Counted from the stretch's first letter, positions 28,945-39,027 are shown. The stretch: DNA of 64,000 nucleotides from Candidatus Iainarchaeum sp. (GCA_023129115.1 JAGMCR010000002.1:64001-128000), one strand, 5' to 3'. Notes: generated by a model not told the origin, from the letters alone. Translations and numbers: made by a program.

Positions 28945-30864
28945 CTATTTGGAGTCTCCTAGCACTTGGTGGTAAAAGTTGGACTCCCGGGCCAGTGCAT
29001 CCACTTCGTTTTTCTTGACCCTAAAGCCGTGTGTTTCGCCTTCGTATTCCACGTATTCGTGCCTCACTCCTTTTTCTTCCAGTGCCCGAACCACTTCCCT
29101 GGAGCACTCGGGGGTGACAACCTTGTCATCACTACCCTGGAAAAGAATCATGGGGTTTTTCAACGCTTCCAAGTGATAAATGGGAGAACGGTCTTTGAAC
29201 ACCTCTCTTCCCTTGGAAAGTGTTGTTCCCACCAGGTTTTCAATGTACCGTGACTCGAATTTGTGAATTTGTTCTTCTAAAGTGATTAGGTTGCCGATGC
29301 CGTAGTAACTAGCTCCCACTGCAAACAAGTCAGGATACTGGGTCATCATCCTTTGCACTAGGTACCCTCCTGCACTCCCTCCCCTGATGGCAACCCTGGA
29401 CCCATCTACTTGTCCCTTTTTTATCAAGTGCTTCACGGCGTTGGCCACGTCCTCGGCGTCAACCACGCCCCAGGAGGATGGGAGCTTGTCCCTGTACTTC
29501 CTGCCGTAGCCCGTGCTTCCCCGGTAGTCCACGTCCACCACGGCAAAGCCGGACGAAGTCCAGAATTGCGTGACAAAGGAAAACGAGGCGTGGGTATTGC
29601 TCGTGGGGCCTCCATGCGCCACTACCAACAACGGCGGTTTTTCTCCCTCCATGGGCAGGTATCCGCTGTTTTTAGGGGGGTAAAAAAAGGCGTGTGCCTG
29701 TTCTCCGCCTCCAGTGGAGTAAGTTATGAACTGGGGGAGGGAAACGTCTTCCGGCTTCATTTCCAGCGAAGAACCCTCCCTTAACACATCCAGCTTCTTG
29801 GACTCCATGCCAAAGGCGTACACGCTGGCAACGCTGGTACTGCTGGCCCCAACGAAAAATATGCTGCCTTCCTTGTCTGTTTTCAGGTGGTGGTACGTGT
29901 TCAGACCTGTTTCCACGCGTGACACAGATTTGTCTTCAGGGTCAACAAATACCAAGTGCTCTGTTCCTTCTTTGGTCATCACGGCTACTATCCTGCCGTC
30001 GGGAAGGAAGTCGTAAGTGCTCTGCCCGAAGGCCCACAACGGCCTGCCGAACTCGGCTTGTTCACAGGTAATCCTATTCACTTCGCCGTCCCAAGCGTAC
30101 AGGTTCCACCAATTCTCAGGCGAAAAAGGGTCTTCCGCCACCCTGTCCTTGGCATAATACAGCTTGTCCTCTTGGTTGAAGCGGGGCAGGCAAATAGCGC
30201 AGTCTTTCCCCCCCTCCACTTTTTTTACGTCACGGACGCTGTCCTTCCTCCACTTGCCCATCATTAACTCCGTGCCATCCCACGGCATGTTGGGATGGTT
30301 CCACTGGAGCCACGCCACGTATTTTCCCGAAGGCGAAAAGACAGGACTAGCATAGAAATCGCTGCCCCGGGCAACGATGCGGGGCTCCACCGCTTTTTCA
30401 GAACGCGCGTCCAGCACGGCTAGAAGATTCTCGTTTTCCTTGTCTCCGCACTCTTTTTCGTAGACAAACAAAAGGCTTTTTCCGTCAGGGCTTACTGTGA
30501 GCGAGGCATACTTACCCAAGGACCCGTCTTTGTTTGTTGGGGGGGTGAGGGGCCTGGCTGCAGAAGAGCTTGGGGGTTGATGGTAAATGCGTTGGTCCTG
30601 GAAGTTGGAGAAGTAAACATTCCCCCCAAAAACCGCGTACGCTCCTCCACCGTACTCGTGAACCCTGTTCCTGGCGCTGAAACCAGGGGGGGTGACGTCC
30701 CCCCTGTTTTTGGAGACTACTACGCAACGCCCGCCTTCGGCCGGCCGCATTTCCAGCCAGTAGGCGTCACTGCCGTCGGTTTGAATCTCGCTCAGTCTGA
30801 CCACGTCAGAAAATACTTGCTGGGGGGAAATGGCGGACTGCCATTGAAGAAACGGTTTTTGCAT
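28945..30864 (-). CDS. S9 family peptidase
   Basis: HGGPT, GGSAGG, DKVV, HGF; beta-propeller N-terminus. Confidence 0.93.
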   Translation of the reverse strand: MQKPFLQWQSAISPQQVFSDVVRLSEIQTDGSDAYWLEMRPAEGGRCVVVSKNRGDVTPPGFSARNRVHEYGGGAYAVFGGNVYFSNFQDQRIYHQPPSSSAARPLTPPTNKDGSLGKYASLTVSPDGKSLLFVYEKECGDKENENLLAVLDARSEKAVEPRIVARGSDFYASPVFSPSGKYVAWLQWNHPNMPWDGTELMMGKWRKDSVRDVKKVEGGKDCAICLPRFNQEDKLYYAKDRVAEDPFSPENWWNLYAWDGEVNRITCEQAEFGRPLWAFGQSTYDFLPDGRIVAVMTKEGTEHLVFVDPEDKSVSRVETGLNTYHHLKTDKEGSIFFVGASSTSVASVYAFGMESKKLDVLREGSSLEMKPEDVSLPQFITYSTGGGEQAHAFFYPPKNSGYLPMEGEKPPLLVVAHGGPTSNTHASFSFVTQFWTSSGFAVVDVDYRGSTGYGRKYRDKLPSSWGVVDAEDVANAVKHLIKKGQVDGSRVAIRGGSAGGYLVQRMMTQYPDLFAVGASYYGIGNLITLEEQIHKFESRYIENLVGTTLSKGREVFKDRSPIYHLEALKNPMILFQGSDDKVVTPECSREVVRALEEKGVRHEYVEYEGETHGFRVKKNEVDALARESNFYHQVLGDSK

Positions 30865-30958
30865 TTTTCTCACCGGTATACTACATCCCTCGAAAACACA
30901 TTTATAATTTAGTCTTCCGGAATATAATGGTGGGGTACTCCTTAGCCTAGCCAAGCAG

Positions 30959-30971
30959 CCCTCCCGAGGCT
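30959..30971 (+). repeat. att copy 14 (left arm B-like)
   Basis: GCCAAGCAG CCCTCCCGAGGCT. Confidence 0.88.
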
Positions 30972-31060
30972 TCTATCTATTAACGCCTCAAAAAAGCCAT
31001 AAATCCTAACCGCACGCCACTGTTCTTATCATCTTTGTGCCCTCGTGCTAGACATTACCC

Positions 31061-31945
31061 CTATCCACACTGTACCTTCCGCTCGTCGTATCCCATAGCG
31101 ACCCCATCAACAAAGATGCTGGCGTCTACGTGCATTGTTTTGAAAGCTGAAGTAATGATGTACATGACCGGAGTTGTGTGGGTCCAAGAAGTGGTTTCTG
31201 CATCGCCTTTGTTGCGGATGCAGCGTTCCACGCCATACTCGCTTGTGACTGTCCATGCGCCACAGTCCACAGCATCCTCGGGCCACACATATGGGGGCGT
31301 AAGGCTGCTGCCAACCGGCCCGGTCGCAGTCCCTGCAGAAGTTATCTGTATGTCGGCCCAGCCATATTTATCCTCGTTGGTAAAGGTGCACGTCAGGGAG
31401 GTGACCTTTACGTCGGCTGTTACATCCAGGATTGCTGTTGGAGTAGGGGTTGGTGTTGGAGTGGAAGTTGGCGTTGCTGTTGGAGTGGGAGTCGGTTCTT
31501 TTTCAGGCTTCACTATTACAGTAGTGCTCTGGCATTTTTCTGTTGTGCCGTCATTGGCGCATACTCCGAACGTGTAGGTTCCCTCAGTTATCGGCGTGCC
31601 CCTCAAGAGCCCGTTGAGCTCCAGCGCCATCCCAGTCGGCACGAAACCTGCGCCGAATTCAACAGTGAAGAAATACGGCGGATTGCCTCCAATGGGGTTT
31701 GTCGTCTCTCCTGCAAGCCCCCCGCATGTCGCGCCGGACCTTGCAGAGTCTGGCTCACAGAAAGGGTGTGGGGGATAAGGAACGCCGGCTCTGGCATCAG
31801 GAAGCTTGGGAAGCACGGTGAACGTGAGCTCTTCCTCCGGAATCTCCTCGCCGGATTGGGTGCAGCCGCTGGTAAGGACTAACCCGAACACAAGTAGTGC
31901 CCCAAAAAGCACGAACAGCGCTGGATTCTTGCCCATAGCCCCCAT
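31061..31945 (-). CDS. lipoprotein with Ig-like domain and PT linker
   Basis: TSGC lipobox, GGNPPY...PTGMAL...LRGTP, (PT)n. Confidence 0.75.
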   Translation of the reverse strand: MGAMGKNPALFVLFGALLVFGLVLTSGCTQSGEEIPEEELTFTVLPKLPDARAGVPYPPHPFCEPDSARSGATCGGLAGETTNPIGGNPPYFFTVEFGAGFVPTGMALELNGLLRGTPITEGTYTFGVCANDGTTEKCQSTTVIVKPEKEPTPTPTATPTSTPTPTPTPTAILDVTADVKVTSLTCTFTNEDKYGWADIQITSAGTATGPVGSSLTPPYVWPEDAVDCGAWTVTSEYGVERCIRNKGDAETTSWTHTTPVMYIITSAFKTMHVDASIFVDGVAMGYDERKVQCG

Positions 31946-32103
31946 TAATGCACTGCCGCATTATAAACCTTCCCCAAGCTTTTCAACCGAACAAACCGCA
32001 TTAAAACACTGGTGAGAACAGAGCCAAAAACTGTGTTTTTTGGATTTCAGGGCTTGATTGGCCTGGTTTAGACACCCCCTTTCCGCGGAAGCTTCTTGAA
32101 GAA

Positions 32104-32114
32104 CCCTCCCAGGC
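32104..32114 (+). repeat. degenerate att copy 15
   Basis: CCCTCCCAGGC directly after a TTCCGCGGAA palindrome. Confidence 0.55.
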
Positions 32115-32222
32115 GAATCCAAAATCGCATGGGGGACTTGAAGTTTATTAAAGAGGATATGGGTAAGGGTTATTATCTGGTTAGGAAAACATTTAACTTG
32201 GAGAAAAAAGAGGTGGTATGGA

Positions 32223-32867
32223 TTGAGGGAAGAAGGCTTGTTAAGAGACTTGGCCGAGAAAAAGAAGGCCGGAAAAATAACCTCAGAGGAAGCGGTACGA
32301 GAACTTCATAAGCGCGGCCTTCAGCATGGCAAGTATTCAAACCCTTGGATAACGATTATTCCCATGATAGGCGGGGGCATGCTCTGCTTTATTAGTGGAC
32401 TAGCAAAGGCAACAGGCATGCCAATGCTGGAACCACTTACGAAGCTGCCAGCGTTTGTCTTTCCCCCAGTACTAATTGGTTTAGCAGTTATTTTTGGTAT
32501 TCTGGCTATGGGGTTGATATTATACAGCGCTTGCTCAAGGGTGATGAATGGGGGGACAACACCACGATATGCATCTGAGACTACCGTGCTCACGAGAAAT
32601 GGGCTTTATGGAGTTATGCGGCACCCTGAAAATATTGGTTTTTTCATGTTTTTTGTTTCCCTCACAGTGTTCTCAAGCAACCACGTTCCTTTCAATGTTT
32701 TGTCAGTGATCGGCACCATTTTACTTACTATAGGCTGCTATTTTGCTTGCGTGGAAGGCGAAAAACTTAACGTGTTGAAGTGGGGCGATGAGTACAAGCA
32801 GTACATGGAAGAAGTCCCAAGGTTCAACTTCGTGCTTGGCATTTGGAGGCGGCTCAAGAAAAAGTGA
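32223..32867 (+). CDS. isoprenylcysteine carboxyl methyltransferase (ICMT/PEMT) family
   Basis: GLYGVMRHP, GDEYKQYMEEVPRF. Confidence 0.85.
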   Translation: MREEGLLRDLAEKKKAGKITSEEAVRELHKRGLQHGKYSNPWITIIPMIGGGMLCFISGLAKATGMPMLEPLTKLPAFVFPPVLIGLAVIFGILAMGLILYSACSRVMNGGTTPRYASETTVLTRNGLYGVMRHPENIGFFMFFVSLTVFSSNHVPFNVLSVIGTILLTIGCYFACVEGEKLNVLKWGDEYKQYMEEVPRFNFVLGIWRRLKKK

Positions 32868-32874
32868 CGCACAT

Positions 32875-32935
32875 CATTTCCGCGGGAGCTTCTTGGGAAA
32901 TGGCCTGTGTGCCCCGTTCTGGGGGCGCAGGCTCT
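32875..32935 (+). repeat. arm A remnant with core deleted (site 16)
   Basis: Double palindrome then GCGCAGGCTCT with no core. Confidence 0.65.
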
Positions 32936-33015
32936 GTACCTCTGCGGCTAGGACCAAAACCCTTAAATAGTATTGTTACTGTAATATTAACATATTGTTA
33001 ATTTGGGTGTAATCA

Positions 33016-33513
33016 ATGAAGGGTCTTTCGGGTAAGGAGTTGGAGATGGTCTCGTTTCTCGAGCTGAAGGAAAAGTATTTTTTCACGAGGAGCGACGTGA
33101 GGCGATTTTTCAAGAGCGAGAACGAGATGAACGTCTACCTGCACAGGCTTAAGAAAAAAGAAAGAATCGTGAAGCTGAACAGAAGCAAGTATTTCCTTGT
33201 CCCAGTGAAAGCGTTCGGGGGCTTCTGGGCAGAGCACCCCCTCGTGATTATTGATGAAATCTTTAACGGGGAGAACTACTTCATTAGGGGGATGGCTGCA
33301 GCACATTACTGGGGGTTGATAGACCAGATTCCCACGCAGGTAGAAGTGGCTTGCACGAACAAGCAAGGAAAGAAAAAGATTTTTGGGTTCATTATCCTGT
33401 TCAAGAGGGTGAGGCCAGCAAGCATGAAGGGCTTCGTGAAGAGGAAAATCGGGAAGCATCCTTTCCGGATAATGCCAAAGAAGGGGGTTGAGGAATGGCT
33501 GAAATCTCGTTGA
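33016..33513 (+). CDS. abiEi: type IV TA antitoxin, AbiEi-like
   Basis: wHTH-like N-terminus, AAAHYWGLIDQIP; upstream of AbiEii. Confidence 0.8.
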   Translation: MKGLSGKELEMVSFLELKEKYFFTRSDVRRFFKSENEMNVYLHRLKKKERIVKLNRSKYFLVPVKAFGGFWAEHPLVIIDEIFNGENYFIRGMAAAHYWGLIDQIPTQVEVACTNKQGKKKIFGFIILFKRVRPASMKGFVKRKIGKHPFRIMPKKGVEEWLKSR

Positions 33514-34256
33514 TGAACACGGCAGAACTAAAGCACGTTGCCGGAAAAATGGGGTTCAACTTAATCTACCTGGAAAAGGATTATTTCCTGACGCTGCTGC
33601 TGTATTTGCTCAGGGACATTAGTGGCATTTGCTTCAAAGGCGGCACTGCATTGAACAAGATATTCCTCAATCACACGCGCCTCAGTGAGGACCTGGACTT
33701 CACGTGCACTGGCGACTTAAAAAAAGTAAAAAAGGAAGTGCTGGAAGTACTGGGAGAAAACAAAAGCATTTTCACTCGTCACGAGTTTGATAACCAGACA
33801 CAAAACTTCTTCCGCCTAAAAGTATTCTACAAAAGCGATTTCTCCAAGAACAGCTACGTGGTTCTTGACGTGAACAGCAAAGCATCGGTTCACAAGAAAC
33901 CAAAAGCAGAAGTAGTGCCGCACTTCTATGAATCTATTCCACAATTCAAGGTTAAGACACTGGCACCTGAAGAACTTGTAGCTGAAAAAGTGAGGGCACT
34001 GATAACCCGGAACCAGCCCCGGGATTATTATGATGTCTACACTCTCCTGCAAAATGGTTACAAGGTGAACAAAGCCCTGCTAAGAAAAAAGTTGGCCGAA
34101 GCAAATGAATGCTTTGATATTGACAGGATATTCGTAAACGCCAAGAAGATTTATTCAAAGTGGGATGAGGATGTTGCCCATTTAACAAACAAACCAGTAA
34201 CGTACACCGCTGCCATCAAGGCTCTCCAGAAAGAGTTCGGGTACAAGAGCAAATAA
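33495..34256 (+). CDS. abiEii: AbiEii nucleotidyltransferase toxin
   Basis: EKDY, FKGGTAL, RLSEDLDF, AEK, RDYYD. Confidence 0.92.
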   Translation: MAEISLMNTAELKHVAGKMGFNLIYLEKDYFLTLLLYLLRDISGICFKGGTALNKIFLNHTRLSEDLDFTCTGDLKKVKKEVLEVLGENKSIFTRHEFDNQTQNFFRLKVFYKSDFSKNSYVVLDVNSKASVHKKPKAEVVPHFYESIPQFKVKTLAPEELVAEKVRALITRNQPRDYYDVYTLLQNGYKVNKALLRKKLAEANECFDIDRIFVNAKKIYSKWDEDVAHLTNKPVTYTAAIKALQKEFGYKSK

Positions 34257-34401
34257 CAGGCACCTCGTTTCCGCGGAGCTTTCTGGAAAGCAAGGGGGGC
34301 ACCCCCGCGCGTCCCCCGACGTTGGCCTTAAGCCAACGTCCAGCTGCAACGCCCTCCCCGCTTGGCGCCTTCGGCGCAGAATCTAGAGCCACACGACTTG
34401 G

Positions 34402-34415
34402 CCCCCCTTAGGCTC
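34402..34415 (+). repeat. degenerate att copy 17
   Basis: Arm A-like GCGCAGAATCTAGAGCCACACGACTTG then CCCCCCTTAGGCTC. Confidence 0.65.
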
Positions 34416-34447
34416 TAATCTCGCTGTGTTTCCGGGGCTCTTGCTTT

Positions 34448-35116
34448 TCAGCGCCAGCTTATCTCGCCTGTTTTTAGGACAGAGCCGTCGTTCATGTCTA
34501 TGTACGCCACCAGTCCTTTCCCCCCTTCGCCGCTGACAGGGCCCAGCCTTATGTCATAAACCGGATAATCAGCGACCAGGTAATTGTAATCTGCCGTGAC
34601 CGACATTGCCCCCAGGCCTTCCAAACCAGTTTGTTGCTTTGCTATTTCAACGGCTTCCGGGCTATCAATGTTCCACTTGGACGTATCCGCCAGTCTTTTC
34701 CCGGCGTGTTCTTCCCAGCTGCCCTCGCTTATCTCCATCGCGTCTTTGCCCTCGTAGCACCCGAACCCACCTGAGAGCAGCTCGCCTTTGTTTATGACCG
34801 CGAAGACGAGCGTGAACGTGTTGTCAGACTGCTTTTTCTCGAATGTCACTATCCACGTATCGCTCCTGCCGTCCTCAACCGCCGCGTGGCCTTTCTTGTG
34901 CCCGACAACGGTTCCTCCAGCCCCTATATCGCGGAGGTGCACGTCACCGAACTCGGCTGACGCGCGCTCGTAAGCCATGTCAAATGCTTCCCTGGCCGTT
35001 ACTTCATTCACCGGAGCCGCGGGTGCCTTTGCCCCCTCTGCCCCCTCGCCTGCTCCCTGGACGCAGCCCATCGTAACTGCAAGCACTAACAGCAAAACCA
35101 ATAATGATTTCCTCAT
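34448..35116 (-). CDS. hypothetical lipoprotein
   Basis: MRKSLLVLLLVLAVTMGC lipobox. Confidence 0.75.
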   Translation of the reverse strand: MRKSLLVLLLVLAVTMGCVQGAGEGAEGAKAPAAPVNEVTAREAFDMAYERASAEFGDVHLRDIGAGGTVVGHKKGHAAVEDGRSDTWIVTFEKKQSDNTFTLVFAVINKGELLSGGFGCYEGKDAMEISEGSWEEHAGKRLADTSKWNIDSPEAVEIAKQQTGLEGLGAMSVTADYNYLVADYPVYDIRLGPVSGEGGKGLVAYIDMNDGSVLKTGEISWR

Positions 35117-35198
35117 CAAAAGACCTCCAGCAGGAGGATACGCCGAACGCCTATAAAAAGGCACTCTTTGGGCCCAGGCTCTAGACCCGTGCGATTTA

Positions 35199-35216
35199 TT
35201 CCCTCCCGAGGCTCCA
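35199..35216 (+). repeat. att copy 18 (left arm A, right arm B)
   Basis: TTCCCTCCCGAGGCTCCA. Confidence 0.95.
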
Positions 35217-35309
35217 TTACCACGTCAAGGAGCCTCTGCCTTTTTTGCATGAGGGAAGTTTATATATGCTCACTGTGGCAAGAAGATACATAATAGAGGA
35301 GGATTTAGT

Positions 35310-35924
35310 TTGTTTGATTTGATCGATTTTTTAGAGGAACACTGGAGAGCGGTTGGCATTGCTTTAATAATCTTCCTTATATCCTGTATCTTCACGCTTG
35401 CCTCAATCTTAATTGGACAGATGGAACCGGTAGTGGATATTCTAATAACAAATGGTTCTCCACATTTCATTAGTTTTGTTACTTTTTCATCGTCAATGAC
35501 CAACATCTTAACTACTATGGGCTGGCTAATTGCTTTTTGTTGGATGGCCGCTGTTTACTTGAATGAATTGGCGATATGGAACTATGGAAAAGCAAACGAA
35601 GAAAAGTTTTATTTGGGTCCGGGAGATGATAACGAACATTTTGACAAGCATGGAGAGAAGTATCACCCGAAGAAAGAAAAGAATCAGGAAATGACAATAA
35701 TGGCTGATGGATTACTCGAATTCAAAAGAATCCTGCTCGCTGTAGTTTATGTGGGCATAATCCTATTTGCGATAGGAACAATTTTTAGTTTGGATAGTTT
35801 AACAATGTTCTATTTGGGGCATATCAGCTTTTCGTTTGTTAGTTTATTTGTTATGATGGCGTTCAGCATTTTTAAATTATACCCTAAGATTGCACCATCC
35901 CACAGAACCGATGGAGAGGGTTAA
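35310..35924 (+). CDS. hypothetical membrane protein
   Basis: About 4 TM segments, AT-rich DNA. Confidence 0.65.
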   Translation: MFDLIDFLEEHWRAVGIALIIFLISCIFTLASILIGQMEPVVDILITNGSPHFISFVTFSSSMTNILTTMGWLIAFCWMAAVYLNELAIWNYGKANEEKFYLGPGDDNEHFDKHGEKYHPKKEKNQEMTIMADGLLEFKRILLAVVYVGIILFAIGTIFSLDSLTMFYLGHISFSFVSLFVMMAFSIFKLYPKIAPSHRTDGEG

Positions 35925-35941
35925 GTCGCAGTTGGGATAAT

Positions 35942-37372
35942 ATGAAAAACACAAAGAAAGCATCAAAAACAGCGCATAAGAATCAACGCGATTCATTTGT
36001 TAGATCCCAAAATGAACATTGCTTTCTGAAAGATAAACAAAAAATAAAGTATCATTCCTTTATTCTTCTGGAGATAGTTCCTCTGGAAAGAATCCAAAAA
36101 CTTATCCATGGGCTTGACAAGCTGTATGCTAAAGCTTCAGTGGCATCTGAATCTCAATTGAGATATAAGGACATTCTTTCAACCAGTCATCTAAAACTCT
36201 TCGAGAGAAATACAATAAATTTACCGTATGTAGTTACAAAAAAACTCAAAGGCAAAATTTTGTCTAATTGTGTATTTCACGATCTCGGAGATCATATTCG
36301 GCACATCCATATCTCAATTTACAAAGTTTTGCCATCTACCGTGATTCTTCAGATTCAAGTACATCTAAATGATAAACTAAGCAAAAAGATAAACGATGTT
36401 ATTTATAGCTACCACAAAGAGATTAGGAAACCAGTTGAGACACCTAGGGGCAAATACACCCAGATATATGGCCCCCCTCATCAGAAAGAGAATCAAATTT
36501 ATCAAGTTAGAAAAGACTTGCACAAGGAAGCTATTGATTTCTTAAAAAAGTATTTCACAGGATATTTTTTTGAATTGTCTGATGAGAGCATCTCGGTAGT
36601 ACCCTCAATCGATTTGTTTTCTTTGGATTATCCTAACGAAGATGGCCAAATTTTGGATTGGGGCGATAAAAACCATGGATTCTTTCAGTGTTTCAGCACA
36701 TATATCGGGCCGTGGGATTCTTTTAAGTACAAAAACTACCTGTTTTGTCTTGAATCCAAAAGAAACGCCAAGTTTGAGAATTATCTGATATTTGCCAACA
36801 GAAAGACCACATCGAATAATATGTATCCCGATATTGATGCTTCCATTGAAGAAACCCTTAATTTCTGTTCCTTTGATTTAGTGGCCATTAACAGGTGGAT
36901 TAAAGTTCAAGAAGAGATGGTAGGAACGCTTAATTCAACCGTGTCGAGGGAAATATCTCAGATACAACAAAATAGATTTAGTAAAGCTATAGAAACCAGA
37001 AAATCTGTTCTTAAGAGTATTTTTCCCTTTGAACGCTTTGCAACAGAGTATGTAAGATACAAAATGATTCCTGATAAATTTGAATTTAAAAGCCTTAAAG
37101 ATGAGAGAGCCCCCGACAAACAAATTGACTTGTTCAATGGATTGAAAGAAGGAATCACTGCGAAAATTACGGAACTACATGAATTGATTAATGGATTTAC
37201 AAGACAGCATGAAAGTATTATGGCCTTAAAAAATCTGGAATTCAGTAAGAATATGCAAAACCTTATTATCATATTGACAATAGCTCTTATAGTGTTAACG
37301 ATAATCCAAATAGGCATAGGGGCATATGGATTAAAAACACCTGGTTTAATAGTGAGATTTCTCTTCGGATGA
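35942..37372 (+). CDS. hypothetical protein with C-terminal TM helix
   Basis: 476 aa ORF in AT-rich DNA. Confidence 0.7.
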   Translation: MKNTKKASKTAHKNQRDSFVRSQNEHCFLKDKQKIKYHSFILLEIVPLERIQKLIHGLDKLYAKASVASESQLRYKDILSTSHLKLFERNTINLPYVVTKKLKGKILSNCVFHDLGDHIRHIHISIYKVLPSTVILQIQVHLNDKLSKKINDVIYSYHKEIRKPVETPRGKYTQIYGPPHQKENQIYQVRKDLHKEAIDFLKKYFTGYFFELSDESISVVPSIDLFSLDYPNEDGQILDWGDKNHGFFQCFSTYIGPWDSFKYKNYLFCLESKRNAKFENYLIFANRKTTSNNMYPDIDASIEETLNFCSFDLVAINRWIKVQEEMVGTLNSTVSREISQIQQNRFSKAIETRKSVLKSIFPFERFATEYVRYKMIPDKFEFKSLKDERAPDKQIDLFNGLKEGITAKITELHELINGFTRQHESIMALKNLEFSKNMQNLIIILTIALIVLTIIQIGIGAYGLKTPGLIVRFLFG

Positions 37373-37416
37373 TAACTCGGGGGTTATCCTCTAATCCACC
37401 TACCCGTCTGAGCTTT

Positions 37417-37538
37417 ATTCCGCACCAGTCTATAAATAGTCCTTTGAGCAGAGCCTCGGGGGCATGAGGACCGACCCTTACAATACCGGTACGAAGCTAG
37501 TGAATTGCCTTGAGCGGGTTAGGGGGTGTAGAGCCAAC
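37417..37538 (+). pseudogene. 5' remnant of the integrase with its promoter
   Basis: Near-identical to the integrase upstream region and first 20 codons (MRTDPYNTGTKLVNCLERVR, ATG 37464). Confidence 0.9.
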
Positions 37539-37615
37539 TTTATTAATAGAGGCGTGCATAAAGCCAGTAGAGGGCAATTTATTTATATAGCCGGTTCATT
37601 TGTATGGCTTAGAGG

Positions 37616-38350
37616 GTGAACAGAGAGATGGTTGGCGCAGTTATGGATTCGCAGTACGTACTGAACACTTACTCACCAGAATTAAGTCGTGCTATCTTCT
37701 CAATCCAAAGCCCCTTAACACAGGGCTACACCTACTTGCGGAGGAACCGCAAGGCCAAGACCGTCGAAAAGCTCTTTGAAGAGCTTGACATGCTCACACA
37801 CGCAGAGAAAGAAGAATTGATAACCGAGTTAATTGCGTACCTCCCCAAAGACTCCAGCATGTCCGAGTTCGAGAGAGCCAAAAAAGAGCTCGCGAACCTT
37901 GACAAAAACGCCAAGATAAACAACTTGCTGAAAGACCTAAAGGTTAAGTACGAACGGCTAAGCCAAAAAGACAAACTAGAAATATTTAAGCTATCAATAT
38001 CAAAAACAACGCCCACCCTAGTCGCGCTCAGGGACTTCATATCCGAGAACATGCTTGAAGCAAAAGACATCGAAGCACTCATGGTCATAGACCAAGCGGT
38101 TTACGTCGCTGGAACGCTATGCGACGAGATACTGAAAGCAATTGAAAAGAACCAAGACGAAAGAGTGGAACTACTTCACGCTTTCTTGTTTTTCCTTCTC
38201 CTGGAGCTAGAAGCGATTCGCCGCGGCACAGTCGAGCCCGAAACGCTTTACGACAATATCGCGTTCATCACGAGCTTCACAGACAAGACCCGTGAAGAGC
38301 GAAGCATTGAAATCAAGCAAAGCGTGTTCGGGGTAGCGGGAGTAGCTTAA
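37616..38350 (+). CDS. hypothetical protein
   Basis: 244 aa helical ORF coupled to the next gene (TAATG). Confidence 0.7.
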   Translation: MNREMVGAVMDSQYVLNTYSPELSRAIFSIQSPLTQGYTYLRRNRKAKTVEKLFEELDMLTHAEKEELITELIAYLPKDSSMSEFERAKKELANLDKNAKINNLLKDLKVKYERLSQKDKLEIFKLSISKTTPTLVALRDFISENMLEAKDIEALMVIDQAVYVAGTLCDEILKAIEKNQDERVELLHAFLFFLLLELEAIRRGTVEPETLYDNIAFITSFTDKTREERSIEIKQSVFGVAGVA

Positions 38351-39027
38351 TGAACTCCATAGACTCGAACGTGGTCATTGCAGTAGCGAACCCGTTTGAC
38401 TACTCCCACAAGACATCAGTCAAAACAGTCAAGAACCTAGACGAGCTGCTCGTCCTCCTTAACGTGTTCACGGAAAGCAAGGCAACCATACAACGGAAGT
38501 ACAACAAGTCGCTCGCGAAGTCGGTAACGGAAATAAGAAAAATCACGGCCGAGAGGAACTCCCTGCTCTTCGGCAAGCTCGTTGTCCAAGCCCTCGAAAA
38601 ACTCAAGAAAAACAACCCAAATCTAGAAGGCTTCATAGACCTCGTCTACTCTGAATTCCGGACCTGCGAAAACCAAAAGGACATCAGCGCAGCCATGAGC
38701 CGACTAAACGTATTTGGAGTAGCCTTAATCAAGTCACTGGAGGATGTCCTGAGGAAAGAGCGCCCAGACATTGAGTTTTATGAGCCAACCGAAGAGTTCA
38801 ACAAAATGCACCTAAAAGTCTATGACCTGATTGCCGGGTCATATTTCCAGGACCGAAACGACAAGCTCATCTACACCGACTGCGTGGCCCTCGCGCAGAT
38901 TGAAAACGACAAGCTCACGTTCCACACGTTTGACGAGGAGTTCCACAAGACCGCGAAAAGCACTAATGCTTCACTACCCCAGAAATACTCCAAATTAGTG
39001 GATTTCAACAAGCTAAAACCAAATTAA
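38350..39027 (+). CDS. PIN-domain-like protein
   Basis: IDSNVVIA...D.ND...HTFD. Confidence 0.7.
   Translation: MNSIDSNVVIAVANPFDYSHKTSVKTVKNLDELLVLLNVFTESKATIQRKYNKSLAKSVTEIRKITAERNSLLFGKLVVQALEKLKKNNPNLEGFIDLVYSEFRTCENQKDISAAMSRLNVFGVALIKSLEDVLRKERPDIEFYEPTEEFNKMHLKVYDLIAGSYFQDRNDKLIYTDCVALAQIENDKLTFHTFDEEFHKTAKSTNASLPQKYSKLVDFNKLKPN

Noticed and set aside
31430-31495. Short GTTGG(A/T/C) tandem repeats
   Set aside because: Encode the Pro-Thr linker of the lipoprotein.
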